DNA from: a virus
Length of the DNA: 64,000 bases
IMG/VR virus record: IMGVR_UViG_3300000976_000009
Location: 45,151-109,150 of that record
Direction: 5' to 3' (one strand)
Shown in pieces: positions 38,009-48,800 of the stretch. Position 1 is the first letter of the stretch, and every line of letters starts with the position of its first letter. The notes below the pieces were generated by a model. That model ran no database searches and was not told the origin of the DNA. It was given only the letters and a program-made list of their open reading frames with translations. Made by a program: the position numbers and the translations under genes.

Positions 38009-39091
38009 ATGAATAGGAGACCACCAAAAAGTGGAACAAAGACAAAGGAGATAAATACATTAGTAGTTGACGGAAATGCACTATTTAAGACTGGTTTCCA
38101 CGGTGCTAATAACGAATTCAATCGTAATGGACAACATATCGGTGGTATTTATCAATTCATAACAATTATCAGAAAGCTATTAAATGAGAATTTATATCAG
38201 AAAGTTTTCGTCTTTTGGGACGGGACCTTTTCTGGTAAGCTTCGTTATGATATTTATCCAGATTACAAAAGTGCTCGTGGGAAAGATTACATTAATGGTA
38301 CCAAACCAGATGACCCAAATCAAATAATAGAGAGAGCGAAGGTTCAACAATATCTTGAGGATTTATTTATCAGACAAATTAGAAATGAGAATATAGTTGA
38401 GGGTGATGATTTTATCGCTTATTACTGTAAACATAAACAACCAAATGAGAAGATAACCATCACAACAAATGATATGGATATTTGTCAATTGGTTTCGAAA
38501 GATGTACAAGTTTATTTATTAGGAAAAGGTAAGAAATTTTATGTTACTGATTACAATTATACACAAATATTTGACCACCACCAAGAGAATTTGGTATTAA
38601 TTAAAACAATTTGTGGTGATGTAAGTGACTCAATTAAAGGGGTTAAAGGTTTAGGGGAAAAAAGTTTATTGAAATATTTCCCAATTATTAAGGAAAGACC
38701 TGTAACTTTGTATGAAATACTTAAGCTAGCTCAAATAATTCAAGATGAAAGGAAAGAAGCTAAAAAGAAGCCTTTACAAGCCTTAACTAACCTTTTAGAA
38801 GGTATCACCACAGATAAGACGGGTAAAGAGACTATAGTGTTAGGGGAACAGCTTTATACGAGGAATAAATCATTGGTTGATTTAAGCACCCCTCTTATGA
38901 CAAAAGAAAGTGTGCGGAAAATAACAGACCTAATGGAGTGTGATATAGACCCAGAAGGTAGAGGAATAAAAGAAGCATATATTAAAATGAAACGTGATGG
39001 AATAGATGAAAAGGTTGGGAACACAGGGATTGAGTACCTAATGCCTTTTAAAAAATTAATTGAACGTGAAAAGAGAACCATAATAAATTAA
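38009..39091 (+). CDS. 5'-3' exonuclease/flap endonuclease (T4 RNase H / PolI N-terminal-like)
   Basis: LVVDGN, YPDYKSAR, EGDDFIA, TTNDMD, GDVSDSIKGVKGLG motifs. Confidence 0.9.
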   Translation: MNRRPPKSGTKTKEINTLVVDGNALFKTGFHGANNEFNRNGQHIGGIYQFITIIRKLLNENLYQKVFVFWDGTFSGKLRYDIYPDYKSARGKDYINGTKPDDPNQIIERAKVQQYLEDLFIRQIRNENIVEGDDFIAYYCKHKQPNEKITITTNDMDICQLVSKDVQVYLLGKGKKFYVTDYNYTQIFDHHQENLVLIKTICGDVSDSIKGVKGLGEKSLLKYFPIIKERPVTLYEILKLAQIIQDERKEAKKKPLQALTNLLEGITTDKTGKETIVLGEQLYTRNKSLVDLSTPLMTKESVRKITDLMECDIDPEGRGIKEAYIKMKRDGIDEKVGNTGIEYLMPFKKLIEREKRTIIN

Positions 39092-39104
39092 AACAATTAA
39101 GGAA

Positions 39105-39620
39105 ATGAAGAAGATTGAAAAACAAAGATTTGAATTTTTACTGTTAATCAACGGTAATATAATTTGTCAGAGATATTTTGACATACGTAACTATAATGAA
39201 GATTCTAAAAACTCAATGGAGATGAAAGAATTGGTCGATAATATTGCTGGGACTAACAACACTGGATATGGTTTGTTAGGAATGATTCCAAAATTTTTAC
39301 AAGATAAATCTAGAGAGTATCTTTGGGGTTATTATAGACCACATACACCACAAAAAACTGAGGATATCAATAGAAGAAATATCTATGATAAAATAGACAC
39401 ATTTGGTTTCCAAATCAAAATTGATGGTGAAGTTGTTGGTGAGACATCATTCAGTGGTAATGTGTTCCCACCAAAAGTTAGATATCAAGTTAATATTAAG
39501 GATATTATTCCAGATATTATTTATGAAATTAGACAATCTTTAAGTAAAAAGAGCTATACTGATACGTATGGGGATGTTTCACTAAAATTTCATTCAATTC
39601 ATCAAGAGTTTAGTGCATAA
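39105..39620 (+). CDS. Hypothetical protein in the replication operon
   Basis: 171-aa ORF between the exonuclease and helicase. Confidence 0.7.
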   Translation: MKKIEKQRFEFLLLINGNIICQRYFDIRNYNEDSKNSMEMKELVDNIAGTNNTGYGLLGMIPKFLQDKSREYLWGYYRPHTPQKTEDINRRNIYDKIDTFGFQIKIDGEVVGETSFSGNVFPPKVRYQVNIKDIIPDIIYEIRQSLSKKSYTDTYGDVSLKFHSIHQEFSA

Positions 39621-39654
39621 ATTGATATTTATTTAAAACAAGGGTTTTAGTATA

Positions 39655-41073
39655 ATGAGCAAAATTGACAAAGGAAATTTCGGATATTTAGGATTGGAGT
39701 ATCAAACAAGATTGATAGCCCAATTCCTAACGGACGACAGATTTGCAAACAATATCATGGATATTGTTAATCCAAATTATTTTGAAGACGAAACATTAAG
39801 GTTAATCGTTAATGAAATAAAGGAAGCTTATGAAACCGATGAGGTTATCCCAGATGCATCAAGTTTAGAATTTAGGTTAGTAGATAAAATCGGCAATGAA
39901 TTCACTGCTGGTTTTATCAAAACCCAGATTAAAAAAATAAAAAATGCACCTCTAAAGGATAGTCCACAGGTTCAAAAGATTGCAATGAACTTCTGTAAAC
40001 AACAGGAGTTGAAAAAATCTATGCGACAAATTCAAAAAATAATTGACAAGGGTAACCTTGATGATTATGACCAATGTGAAGAGATTCTTAAGAAAGCATT
40101 AGAAATCGGTGACAACAAAGATGATGCTATTGACGTGTTTGAAAATCTTAAGGATGTATTAGCAGTTGATTTCAGAAAACCAATACCAACGGGTATTAAT
40201 GGTTTAGATGAGGTTATGGATGGTGGTTTATCCAAAACAGAGTTAGCAATCGTATTAGCACCATTAGGTGTTGGTAAGACAACTATTATGACAAAAATGG
40301 CTAATTCAGCACACAGATGTGGGTATAATGTGCTACAAATATTTTTCGAGGATAACCCCAAGGTTATCCAAAGAAAGCACCTTACGTGCTGGATGGACGG
40401 TAAATACACACTTAATGAGTTAGCTGAAAATGAAGAAGAGATTCTACATAATGCTGAGGAAATGAAGAAGAGCGGTGGTAGAATTCAATTAAAAAAATTC
40501 ACCAGTCATGATACAACGATTTCGATGATTAAGCAATATATTAGAAAGGAGATAGCTAGAGGCTTTAAACCAGATATTGTTTTTTTAGATTATATTGATT
40601 GTGTAATTCCGTCAAAAAGGGTTGATGATGTTAATGTTGGTGAAGGTGTTGTGATGCGTGAGTTTGAGGCTATGTTATTTGAATTAAACATAGCTGGTTG
40701 GACTGCTGTACAATCAAATCGTTCTGGTTTAAATGCAGATACTGTTGATGCGACAATGATGGGTGGGTCTATTAAAAAGGCACAAATTGGTCATTTTGTA
40801 TTATCTATTGCGAAGGGTTTAGAACAAAAAGATAATGATGTTGCTACAATGGCGATATTGAAATCTAGGTTTGGTAATGATGGTAAGGTATTCGAGGATA
40901 TCTTATTTAAGAATAGTACGGTACAAATCGATATTACAAAACAGAACATTGGTAGAACAATTTTGGAGACCAAAGATTTGAAAAAAGATAAAGACCAAAA
41001 TAGAGTCAATTTTATGCTTGAAGCAATACAAAACCTTAAAAATGAGGATAAAGAAACAGAACCTCAAAAATAA
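39655..41073 (+). CDS. dnaB: Replicative helicase (DnaB/T4 gp41-like)
   Basis: APLGVGKT, FFED, FLDYID, TAVQSNR, KSRFG motifs; no intein. Confidence 0.9.
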   Translation: MSKIDKGNFGYLGLEYQTRLIAQFLTDDRFANNIMDIVNPNYFEDETLRLIVNEIKEAYETDEVIPDASSLEFRLVDKIGNEFTAGFIKTQIKKIKNAPLKDSPQVQKIAMNFCKQQELKKSMRQIQKIIDKGNLDDYDQCEEILKKALEIGDNKDDAIDVFENLKDVLAVDFRKPIPTGINGLDEVMDGGLSKTELAIVLAPLGVGKTTIMTKMANSAHRCGYNVLQIFFEDNPKVIQRKHLTCWMDGKYTLNELAENEEEILHNAEEMKKSGGRIQLKKFTSHDTTISMIKQYIRKEIARGFKPDIVFLDYIDCVIPSKRVDDVNVGEGVVMREFEAMLFELNIAGWTAVQSNRSGLNADTVDATMMGGSIKKAQIGHFVLSIAKGLEQKDNDVATMAILKSRFGNDGKVFEDILFKNSTVQIDITKQNIGRTILETKDLKKDKDQNRVNFMLEAIQNLKNEDKETEPQK

Positions 41074-41098
41074 TAATTTAAAGTATAAAACAAGAACT

Positions 41099-43105
41099 AT
41101 GGATATTTCATCAGAAATACTATCAGACATTACTGTCTACATGAAGTACGCTAAGTACTTACCAGAATTACAAAGAAGAGAAACTTGGATTGAACTTGTT
41201 ACGAGGAACAAGGAAATGCACCAAAGACAATACCCAGCTATTAAAGACGAAATTGAAGAAGTCTATAAAATGGTATATAGTAAGAAAGTACTACCTTCTA
41301 TGAGAAGTCTACAATTCGGTGGTAAACCAATTGAGATTTCACCCAACAGAGTTTATAACTGTGCATATTTACCAATTGACCATTGGAAATCATTTGGTGA
41401 GATTATGTTCTTACTATTAGGTGGAACTGGTGTGGGTTATTCAGTACAAAGACATCACGTTGAAGCATTACCAGATATTAGACAACCAAAAGCTAATAAG
41501 ACAAGAAGGTATGTGGTTAGTGATAATATCGAAGGGTGGGCAGATGCTATAAAGATTTTAATGAAATCTTATTTGGATATCGCTAACAAGAATACATCAA
41601 CACCATTATTTGATTATTCAGATATTAGAGCTAAGGGTGCCTTATTAGTTACATCTGGTGGAAAAGCACCAGGTCCTCAACCACTTAAAGATTGTATTCA
41701 CAACATAACTAAAATTCTATCTAATAAAGAAGATGGTACTAAGTTAACAACTGTTGAAGTACATGATATCGTTTGTTATATTGCTGATGCTGTATTGGCT
41801 GGTGGTATTAGGAGAGCAGCATTGATTTCATTATTCTCAATGGATGATGCTGAAATGAGAACATCTAAGTTCGGTGCATGGTGGGAGTTGAACCCACAAA
41901 GAGGTAGAGCAAATAATTCAGCAGTTATGCTTAGACATAAAATTACAGAAGAAACATTCTTTGACCTTTGGAAAAAAGTTGAGGAAAGTGGTTCTGGTGA
42001 ACCAGGCGTTTACTTTTCTAATGATAAAGATTGGGGGACTAATCCATGTTGTGAAATTGCGCTTAGACCTTACCAATTCTGTAACTTAACTGAAATTAAT
42101 GCCTCCAACATTGAATCACAAGATGACTTAAATAAAAGAGTTAGAGCTGCGGCATTCATTGGGACATTACAAGCTGGATATACTGATTTTCATTATTTAA
42201 GAGATGTTTGGAAAAAAACAACCGAGAAAGATGCCTTAGTTGGTGTTGGTATGACTGGAATTGGTTCTGGTGTAGTGCTTGATTATGATTTAGAGGAAGC
42301 AGCAAAAGAAGTTTTAGCTGAAAACGCTAGGGTTGCAGCATTGATTAATATTAATAAAGCAGCAAGAACAACAACGGTTAAACCATCTGGAACATCATCA
42401 TTAGTGTTAGGTACTTCATCTGGAGTTCATGCATGGCATAATGATTATTATATTAGAAGGATTAGAGTTGGTAAGAATGAAGCAATTTATACTTATTTAT
42501 CTATCCATCACCCAGAATTAATTGAGGATGAATTCTTTAGACCTAATGAGCAAGCGGTTATTCAAATACCACAGAAAGCACCAGAGGGGGCAATCTATAG
42601 AGATGAATCCCCAATGGACTTATTAGAGCGTGTAAAACTATTTAATACCAAATGGGTTAGGGGTGGTCACTTAGACGGACAAAACACTCACAATGTGTCT
42701 GTAACCGTTTCTGTTAAGAAAGAGGCTGACAAGGTATCTAAAAAGGATGTTAATGGGGTTTCTATTAAAGATGAAGTAGGTAAAGTTATTTTAGAAGATA
42801 GAAAGGATGCTGATGGTAATGTAGTTTACAGAACCAACCAATGGGGACCAGTAGGAGAATGGATGTGGCATAATAGGGACACATTTAATGGTATTTCAGT
42901 ATTACCATATGATGGTGGTACTTATATTCAAGCACCATTTGAAGATTGTACAAAGGAAAAATATGATGAAATGATGAAATCATTAAAAAATGTTGACCTA
43001 AGTAAAATAATTGAAATTGAGGATAATACCGACTTAAGTGGAGAAATCGCTTGTGGTGGTGGAGCCTGTGAGGTTGACGTAGACATGAATTCGTTGAAAG
43101 CGTAA
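41099..43105 (+). CDS. nrdJ: Class II (adenosylcobalamin-dependent) ribonucleotide reductase (likely start 41099)
   Basis: VYNCAY, TNPCCEI, CNLTEIN, TVKPSGT and C-terminal CGGGAC motifs. Confidence 0.92.
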   Translation: MDISSEILSDITVYMKYAKYLPELQRRETWIELVTRNKEMHQRQYPAIKDEIEEVYKMVYSKKVLPSMRSLQFGGKPIEISPNRVYNCAYLPIDHWKSFGEIMFLLLGGTGVGYSVQRHHVEALPDIRQPKANKTRRYVVSDNIEGWADAIKILMKSYLDIANKNTSTPLFDYSDIRAKGALLVTSGGKAPGPQPLKDCIHNITKILSNKEDGTKLTTVEVHDIVCYIADAVLAGGIRRAALISLFSMDDAEMRTSKFGAWWELNPQRGRANNSAVMLRHKITEETFFDLWKKVEESGSGEPGVYFSNDKDWGTNPCCEIALRPYQFCNLTEINASNIESQDDLNKRVRAAAFIGTLQAGYTDFHYLRDVWKKTTEKDALVGVGMTGIGSGVVLDYDLEEAAKEVLAENARVAALININKAARTTTVKPSGTSSLVLGTSSGVHAWHNDYYIRRIRVGKNEAIYTYLSIHHPELIEDEFFRPNEQAVIQIPQKAPEGAIYRDESPMDLLERVKLFNTKWVRGGHLDGQNTHNVSVTVSVKKEADKVSKKDVNGVSIKDEVGKVILEDRKDADGNVVYRTNQWGPVGEWMWHNRDTFNGISVLPYDGGTYIQAPFEDCTKEKYDEMMKSLKNVDLSKIIEIEDNTDLSGEIACGGGACEVDVDMNSLKA

Positions 43106-43127
43106 TACCAAATAATATACATTAATT

Positions 43128-43157
43128 AAAGCCCATTCGAAAGGATGGGCTTTTTTT
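43128..43157 (+). terminator. Rho-independent terminator after nrdJ
   Basis: AAAGCCCATTC-GAAA-GGATGGGCTTTTTTT. Confidence 0.85.
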
Positions 43158-43218
43158 ATTTTCACTATTTAATTTCTAAAATACTTTATTACAATATTTA
43201 TGATAAAAGCACAGTGTT

Positions 43219-43602
43219 ATGCCAGAAAAATTCATAAATATTAATTTTCCATTCAAGGATAGCCCAAAAGGTTTCTTTGTTGATTTAACGAAAACCGACT
43301 CTCAAGCAGTTAAAGCTGATTTAATGCACCTTATATTAACTAATAAAGGTGAAAGATTATACTTGCCAGATTTTGGTACAAACTTAAGGAGATTTATATT
43401 TAATCCAAACGATAGTCAGACACATTCTGACATTAGACAAGAAATAAATGATGTCGTTGCAAAATATTTACCAAATTTACAAATAAATGAGGTATTAATT
43501 GAGCGTTCAACACAATCAGAATATGCTGCAACCGTTAGAATTGACTATACAATAACAGAGGATGTTTTTGAAACTAAAGACTTCTTATTAATACAATTAT
43601 AA
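43219..43602 (+). CDS. Baseplate wedge subunit, gp25-like
   Basis: LILTNKGERLYLPDFGTNL motif. Confidence 0.92.
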   Translation: MPEKFININFPFKDSPKGFFVDLTKTDSQAVKADLMHLILTNKGERLYLPDFGTNLRRFIFNPNDSQTHSDIRQEINDVVAKYLPNLQINEVLIERSTQSEYAATVRIDYTITEDVFETKDFLLIQL

Positions 43603-43605
43603 ATT

Positions 43606-45426
43606 ATGGCACGTAAAATAAATTATTACGCAAGAAATTTCGCAGACGTTAGAACAGAATTAATTAACTTTGTGAGACAATACTACCCAGACATACTTAA
43701 TGACTTTAATGATGCATCTGTGGGTATGATGCTTATCGAATTGAATGCTGCGGTAGGTGATATGTTATCACACCATACTGACCGTATGTTCCAAGAAACA
43801 CAAATTGATTATGCACAAGAGAGGAAATCAATTATGTCAATGGCAAGAACTTTTGGTTTAAAAGTACCAGGTAAAAGACCATCAGTATCAATAGTTGATT
43901 TTTCAGTTATTGTACCCGTTAATGGTGATACTTTCGACCTAGCTTATGCACCAATTATTAGAAGGGGTGCACAAGTATCTGGTGGTGGTAAAGTATTTGA
44001 AACAGTTGATGATATTGATTTTTCTTCACCATTCACAACTGGCGGTTTACCAAATAGGTTAATTATACCAAACCAAAACTCAAACAATATTATCACTAGT
44101 TATACACTAACAAAAAGAGAATTAGTACTAAATGGTACAACAAAAATATATAAGAGAGTACTAACTGAGGCTGATGTAAAACCATTTTTAGAATTAATAT
44201 TACCAGATGATGATATATTATCTATTGAATCTATGATAACACTTGAGGGAACTAATTTTTCTAAAAACCCATCATTAGACGAATTCTATGATTTTGATAA
44301 TAGATGGTTTGAGGTTCCAGCATTAGCTGAAAATAAAGTATTTATTCCAGATACAAATGGAGCTGCTGGGTCAGAGGCTGGAATTCAACCAGGTACTTGG
44401 CAAAAAATTGAAAGAAAATTTTTGAGTGAATATACCGATAGGGGATTTACAAGATTAATTCTTGGTGGTGGTAATCAAGATATTAGTTCATTATGTGATT
44501 TTGATGAGGACCCAGCAATTATTAATAGAATTGGTGATTTTATAAATAATAACGCATTAGGAGTCACCCCAAGCGCAAATCAAACTATGTTTGTTAGATA
44601 TAGAGTTGGTGGTGGCGCAACAAGTAATGTTGGTAGTAATACAATTAATACAGTTAGTGCGGTATCAATGTTTGTGAATGGACCAGATAGTGCATTAAAT
44701 ACGAGTGTTCGTAAATCATTAGAGGTAAATAATCCAGTTCCAGCATTAGGTGGTAAAGACGAACCTTCGGTTGAAGAAATTAGGAATTTAGTTAGGTATA
44801 ATTTCTCATCACAAAACAGAGCGGTAACAATTAAAGATTACCAAGCTAGAATAGCATTAATGCCAGGTGAATTTGGCGTACCTTTTAGGTGTGGTGTATT
44901 TGAGGACCAAAACAAAATTTCAGTATCAGTCCTTACCTTAGATAGTAGTGGTAAATTAAGTTCAACGGCAACCAATGTACTTAAAGAAAACATTGCAACA
45001 TATTTAGCTGATTATAGAATGTTAAATGATTATGTTGAAGTCAATAATGGTAGAACTATTAATTTAGGTTTTGAGGTAGATTTATTTATTGATAAACAAT
45101 TTCCACAAACACAAATTATTAGTGAAGTTATTGCACAAATTAGTGATTTTATGGATATTAATAAACATGAAATGGGTGAAAACTTATACTTATCACAACT
45201 ATTAGAGATTGTTAATAATGTTGGTGGTGTGTTAAACGTAATCGATATGAGGGTATATAATAAAGTTGGTGAAGGTAAGTATTCTATGAATGAAATTGCA
45301 CAACCATATATAAATGAAACAACAAGACAAGTTGATTTATTGGGGGAGTTTACAATTTTTGGTGAACCAACTGGAATGTATGAAGTTAGGTTTCCAGAAT
45401 CTGATATAAAGGTTAGGGTTAAGTAA
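43606..45426 (+). CDS. Baseplate wedge subunit, gp6/J-like
   Basis: NFADVRTELINF, GGKDEPSVEEIR, QNRAVTIKDY motifs. Confidence 0.9.
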   Translation: MARKINYYARNFADVRTELINFVRQYYPDILNDFNDASVGMMLIELNAAVGDMLSHHTDRMFQETQIDYAQERKSIMSMARTFGLKVPGKRPSVSIVDFSVIVPVNGDTFDLAYAPIIRRGAQVSGGGKVFETVDDIDFSSPFTTGGLPNRLIIPNQNSNNIITSYTLTKRELVLNGTTKIYKRVLTEADVKPFLELILPDDDILSIESMITLEGTNFSKNPSLDEFYDFDNRWFEVPALAENKVFIPDTNGAAGSEAGIQPGTWQKIERKFLSEYTDRGFTRLILGGGNQDISSLCDFDEDPAIINRIGDFINNNALGVTPSANQTMFVRYRVGGGATSNVGSNTINTVSAVSMFVNGPDSALNTSVRKSLEVNNPVPALGGKDEPSVEEIRNLVRYNFSSQNRAVTIKDYQARIALMPGEFGVPFRCGVFEDQNKISVSVLTLDSSGKLSSTATNVLKENIATYLADYRMLNDYVEVNNGRTINLGFEVDLFIDKQFPQTQIISEVIAQISDFMDINKHEMGENLYLSQLLEIVNNVGGVLNVIDMRVYNKVGEGKYSMNEIAQPYINETTRQVDLLGEFTIFGEPTGMYEVRFPESDIKVRVK

Positions 45427-45470
45427 CCATTTCCTTTTTCGAAAAAATTACTACGTTTAAATAAAAAATT

Positions 45471-45824
45471 ATGAGTGATTGTGGATGTAAAGGTGGTTCT
45501 AAACCAACCAAAAAAAATGAAACAAGTATGGCGGCAAACTTTGGTGGGTCGTTTTTTGTAAGAATAATAATATTCTTATTTGCGGTATTAATAGTTGGAC
45601 TTGCAATGATTCCAATTATTATGCCTTTAATGTTGATTATGTTATTTAATCGTATTGTTCGTCAGAAAGATACTGATGTTACTAAGGGTTTATTGAAATT
45701 AGGTAAATTGTTGAGAACCAGTAAAAAGAGGGTGGACGATGATGAAGATGATGAGGGAGACATTAATGATGAAGATATAAATCCAGATGACTATGAGTTA
45801 GTGGATGTAGATGTTATAAAATAA
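45471..45824 (+). CDS. Small membrane protein (CxC start, TM hairpin, acidic tail)
   Basis: MSDCGCKG; hydrophobic IIIFLFAVLIVGLAMIPIIMPLMLIMLF. Confidence 0.65.
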   Translation: MSDCGCKGGSKPTKKNETSMAANFGGSFFVRIIIFLFAVLIVGLAMIPIIMPLMLIMLFNRIVRQKDTDVTKGLLKLGKLLRTSKKRVDDDEDDEGDINDEDINPDDYELVDVDVIK

Positions 45825-45827
45825 TTT

Positions 45828-48800
45828 ATGTCGAATAAAGCGATAAAAATAAGGTTAAATACAACCCCAAGTGCTTTTAATGGTAATCTATTAAAAGTTA
45901 ATCTAGAACAAGATTTTGATTTTCTTGAAATACTTTCATTAAGTATTTCACAAGAGGAAGTTTATAGACGTTTTTGTTCTGATTATGGGGTGGTTGTGGG
46001 TAGAGCTATAATGAATAATGGTGTTGGTATCCCTAACGCTAAGGTTTCAATTTTTGTCCCTTTATCTGATGAAGATATTGAAAACGATGAAATTAGTGGT
46101 TTATACCCATTTGAATCAATTACAGATAATGATGATGATGGTAAAAGATACAACCTTTTACCAAATTCATCACAATTTGAATGTCATACACCAGTTGGTA
46201 CGTTGGCAACAAAAAGAGAAATATTAGATAATGACCTTAAGTTAGATATTCATTGTAAATATTATAAATATTCAGCGATTACAAATGCTGCTGGTGATTT
46301 TATGATTTTTGGTGTTCCTGTTGGTAGTCATTTTATAAATGTTGATTGTGATTTATCTGACATTGGTGTTTATTCACAAAGACCATATGACTTTATGGCA
46401 ACAGGACAACCAAGAGAAGCATTTGAATCATCAAATAAATTTAAAAGTGGTGATGACCTTGATAAGTTAAATCAAATTAAATCACAACAAAGTACAATTA
46501 ATGTTAACCCATTTTGGGGGGATGATGACCAATGTTCGGTTGGTATTACTAGGTATGATATAGATTTAAAACATGAGCTAAAACCATCCGCAATATTCAT
46601 GGGTGGTATTTTTGGGGATAACGAAAAGAATTCAATTAATAAGGTATGTAGACCTAGAAAAAAATTAGGTAAAATTTGTGAAACAGTTTCTGGACCAGGT
46701 ACTATTGAAATACTTCGTAAAGATTTAAATGGTAATAATCAAACCTTCTTTGTTGAGGGTGGTAGAGTTATTGATGATAATGGTGCTTGGGCGTTCCAAA
46801 TACCAATGAATTTAGATTATATGGTAACCAACGAATATGGTGATTTAGTACCAACGGATGACCCAACTAAAGGAATCCCAACTAGGTGTAGTGTTAGACT
46901 TAGGGCTGGTATGGATATTTCTGGTGGTGAGGGTAGGCTTAGGACTAGGGCACTACATTTAATACCACATAATCCAGATAGTTATGCTGAAAGTGATTAT
47001 TCATTTGGTGAAACAACGGGTAGTGGTTTGAATGGACATAAACATTTTAAAGATATGTATTGGAATAAAATTTATTCCGTAAAACAATTCATCCCTAGAT
47101 TTCAAGCTAGGAAAGGTGTTGATGTGAGAGCAATGATGGGTATTAAAGATGTTGATGATTGTACAGGGACACATAATCCATTTCCATTTAATAGGATGGA
47201 TTCTGATTTAAACCCATTATTTTTAGTACTTTGTGTAATAATACAGATTATTTCATTTTTAGTTTTATTAATTAATAGTGTTATTTTGACTATATTAAAT
47301 TTTATTGTTTGGATATTAAATGCTGTTTTATTAATAATATGTGAAGTGGTTTTCTTTATAGGTAAATTAACTTGTGCTTTAAAATATTTAACAAATGCCG
47401 ACAAACGTAAAGAATGTAGGGTAAAAGCTTGTATAGGAGATTGTAGTGGTGATTGCAAGGATTGTATTTGTAAAGATTTGATACCTTATATCCCATGTAT
47501 TAAAATGAAATGTCAAAATGAAGAATATGCCCCAGGTTGTTTTAAAGGTGATAAACCCCTTCCTTGGGCTGCAACAGACCAGCCATTCCACTACCCAGGT
47601 GATGGACATTCTGGTCATGATGCAAATGAAGGTATCCCACCAGGTGATGCTGGATGGTCATCTTGCGTTACATTAAGTCTTGCTGAGGCATTAGATGTAT
47701 GGGAATTTGATTTTTATAACGACTGGATTAATGGTTCATTATATTCACCGTTATTAAAATACAAGAAAAAAAGAAAAGGTAAAGAGAAGTTTTGTGAGTA
47801 CGATTGTAGAGATTTTGGTGGTGGTGTTGATGGTAATGATGATGGTGTTGGTGATAATAGATGCCGTAATAATTGGCTAGTTGATAGTTGTACTGATGAT
47901 GGTGTGAAAAGTGATGAAGAAGTTCAAATTAGAGATGGTTTAGTTAAATCATTTGATGATGAATTATATTATGCAGCATTTACACATGAAGCTGGGTATA
48001 AATTGTTTAGTACTGATATAATTAGTTTAGGTTCAGTGTTTGACTGTGATTGGCAAGGTAGACCAAAAATCCAACAATACTTAGTTGCGACTTCATATAA
48101 AACCCCAGAATTATTACCAGAATTTGATGATTCAGACCCATCATTAATGTTAACTAGTGGTTATGATTCAGCAAAAATAGGTAAACAATATTCACTATTC
48201 TTTGATGTTAGTTGTTTAGGTTTAAATACGGAAGGTAGAAATTGTATTAATATTAAAAGACAATGTGAAATTGGTGTTGGTTTAAATGAAGATAGACAAG
48301 ATGAACAAGTTAATATTGGGTGTACACCAGTTGGTTCTGGTGGTGGTGCAACAGGTTCTGGACCAGACTTTGAGAACCCAATTATAGATAACTGTGATAT
48401 AGATTTTATGTATGTTAGGGATGCATTTATTGATTTGAATAACCCTAGTTCTGGTGTTGTGTATAATAGCCCATTACCATCCCAACACGCAACATTTGGT
48501 TCGGGTGCAAACATTGATATTAAGAGTACAACCGCATATGAGAATTATAGAGATATTCAATACGGTAAGACAATTAGGCAACCTTGGGGTGGTTCAATGT
48601 ATTTTTATTTTGGGTTACAACCAGGTAAAACAGGTTTAGATAAAATGAATCGTAAGTATTTTGAAGAGTGTATTGTGACAGATATAAACGATTTCTTAAT
48701 ACTATGTGATAATATTATTGATGTATCAACGTTTAATGGTACAGATGGTGGTATTGATATTTCAATTATTGGTGGTACTGGACCATATACTTATTTATGG

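Noticed and set aside
36854-43105. Inteins, introns or homing endonucleases in recA, helicase and nrdJ
   Set aside because: Protein lengths are normal and no splicing or endonuclease motifs were seen.
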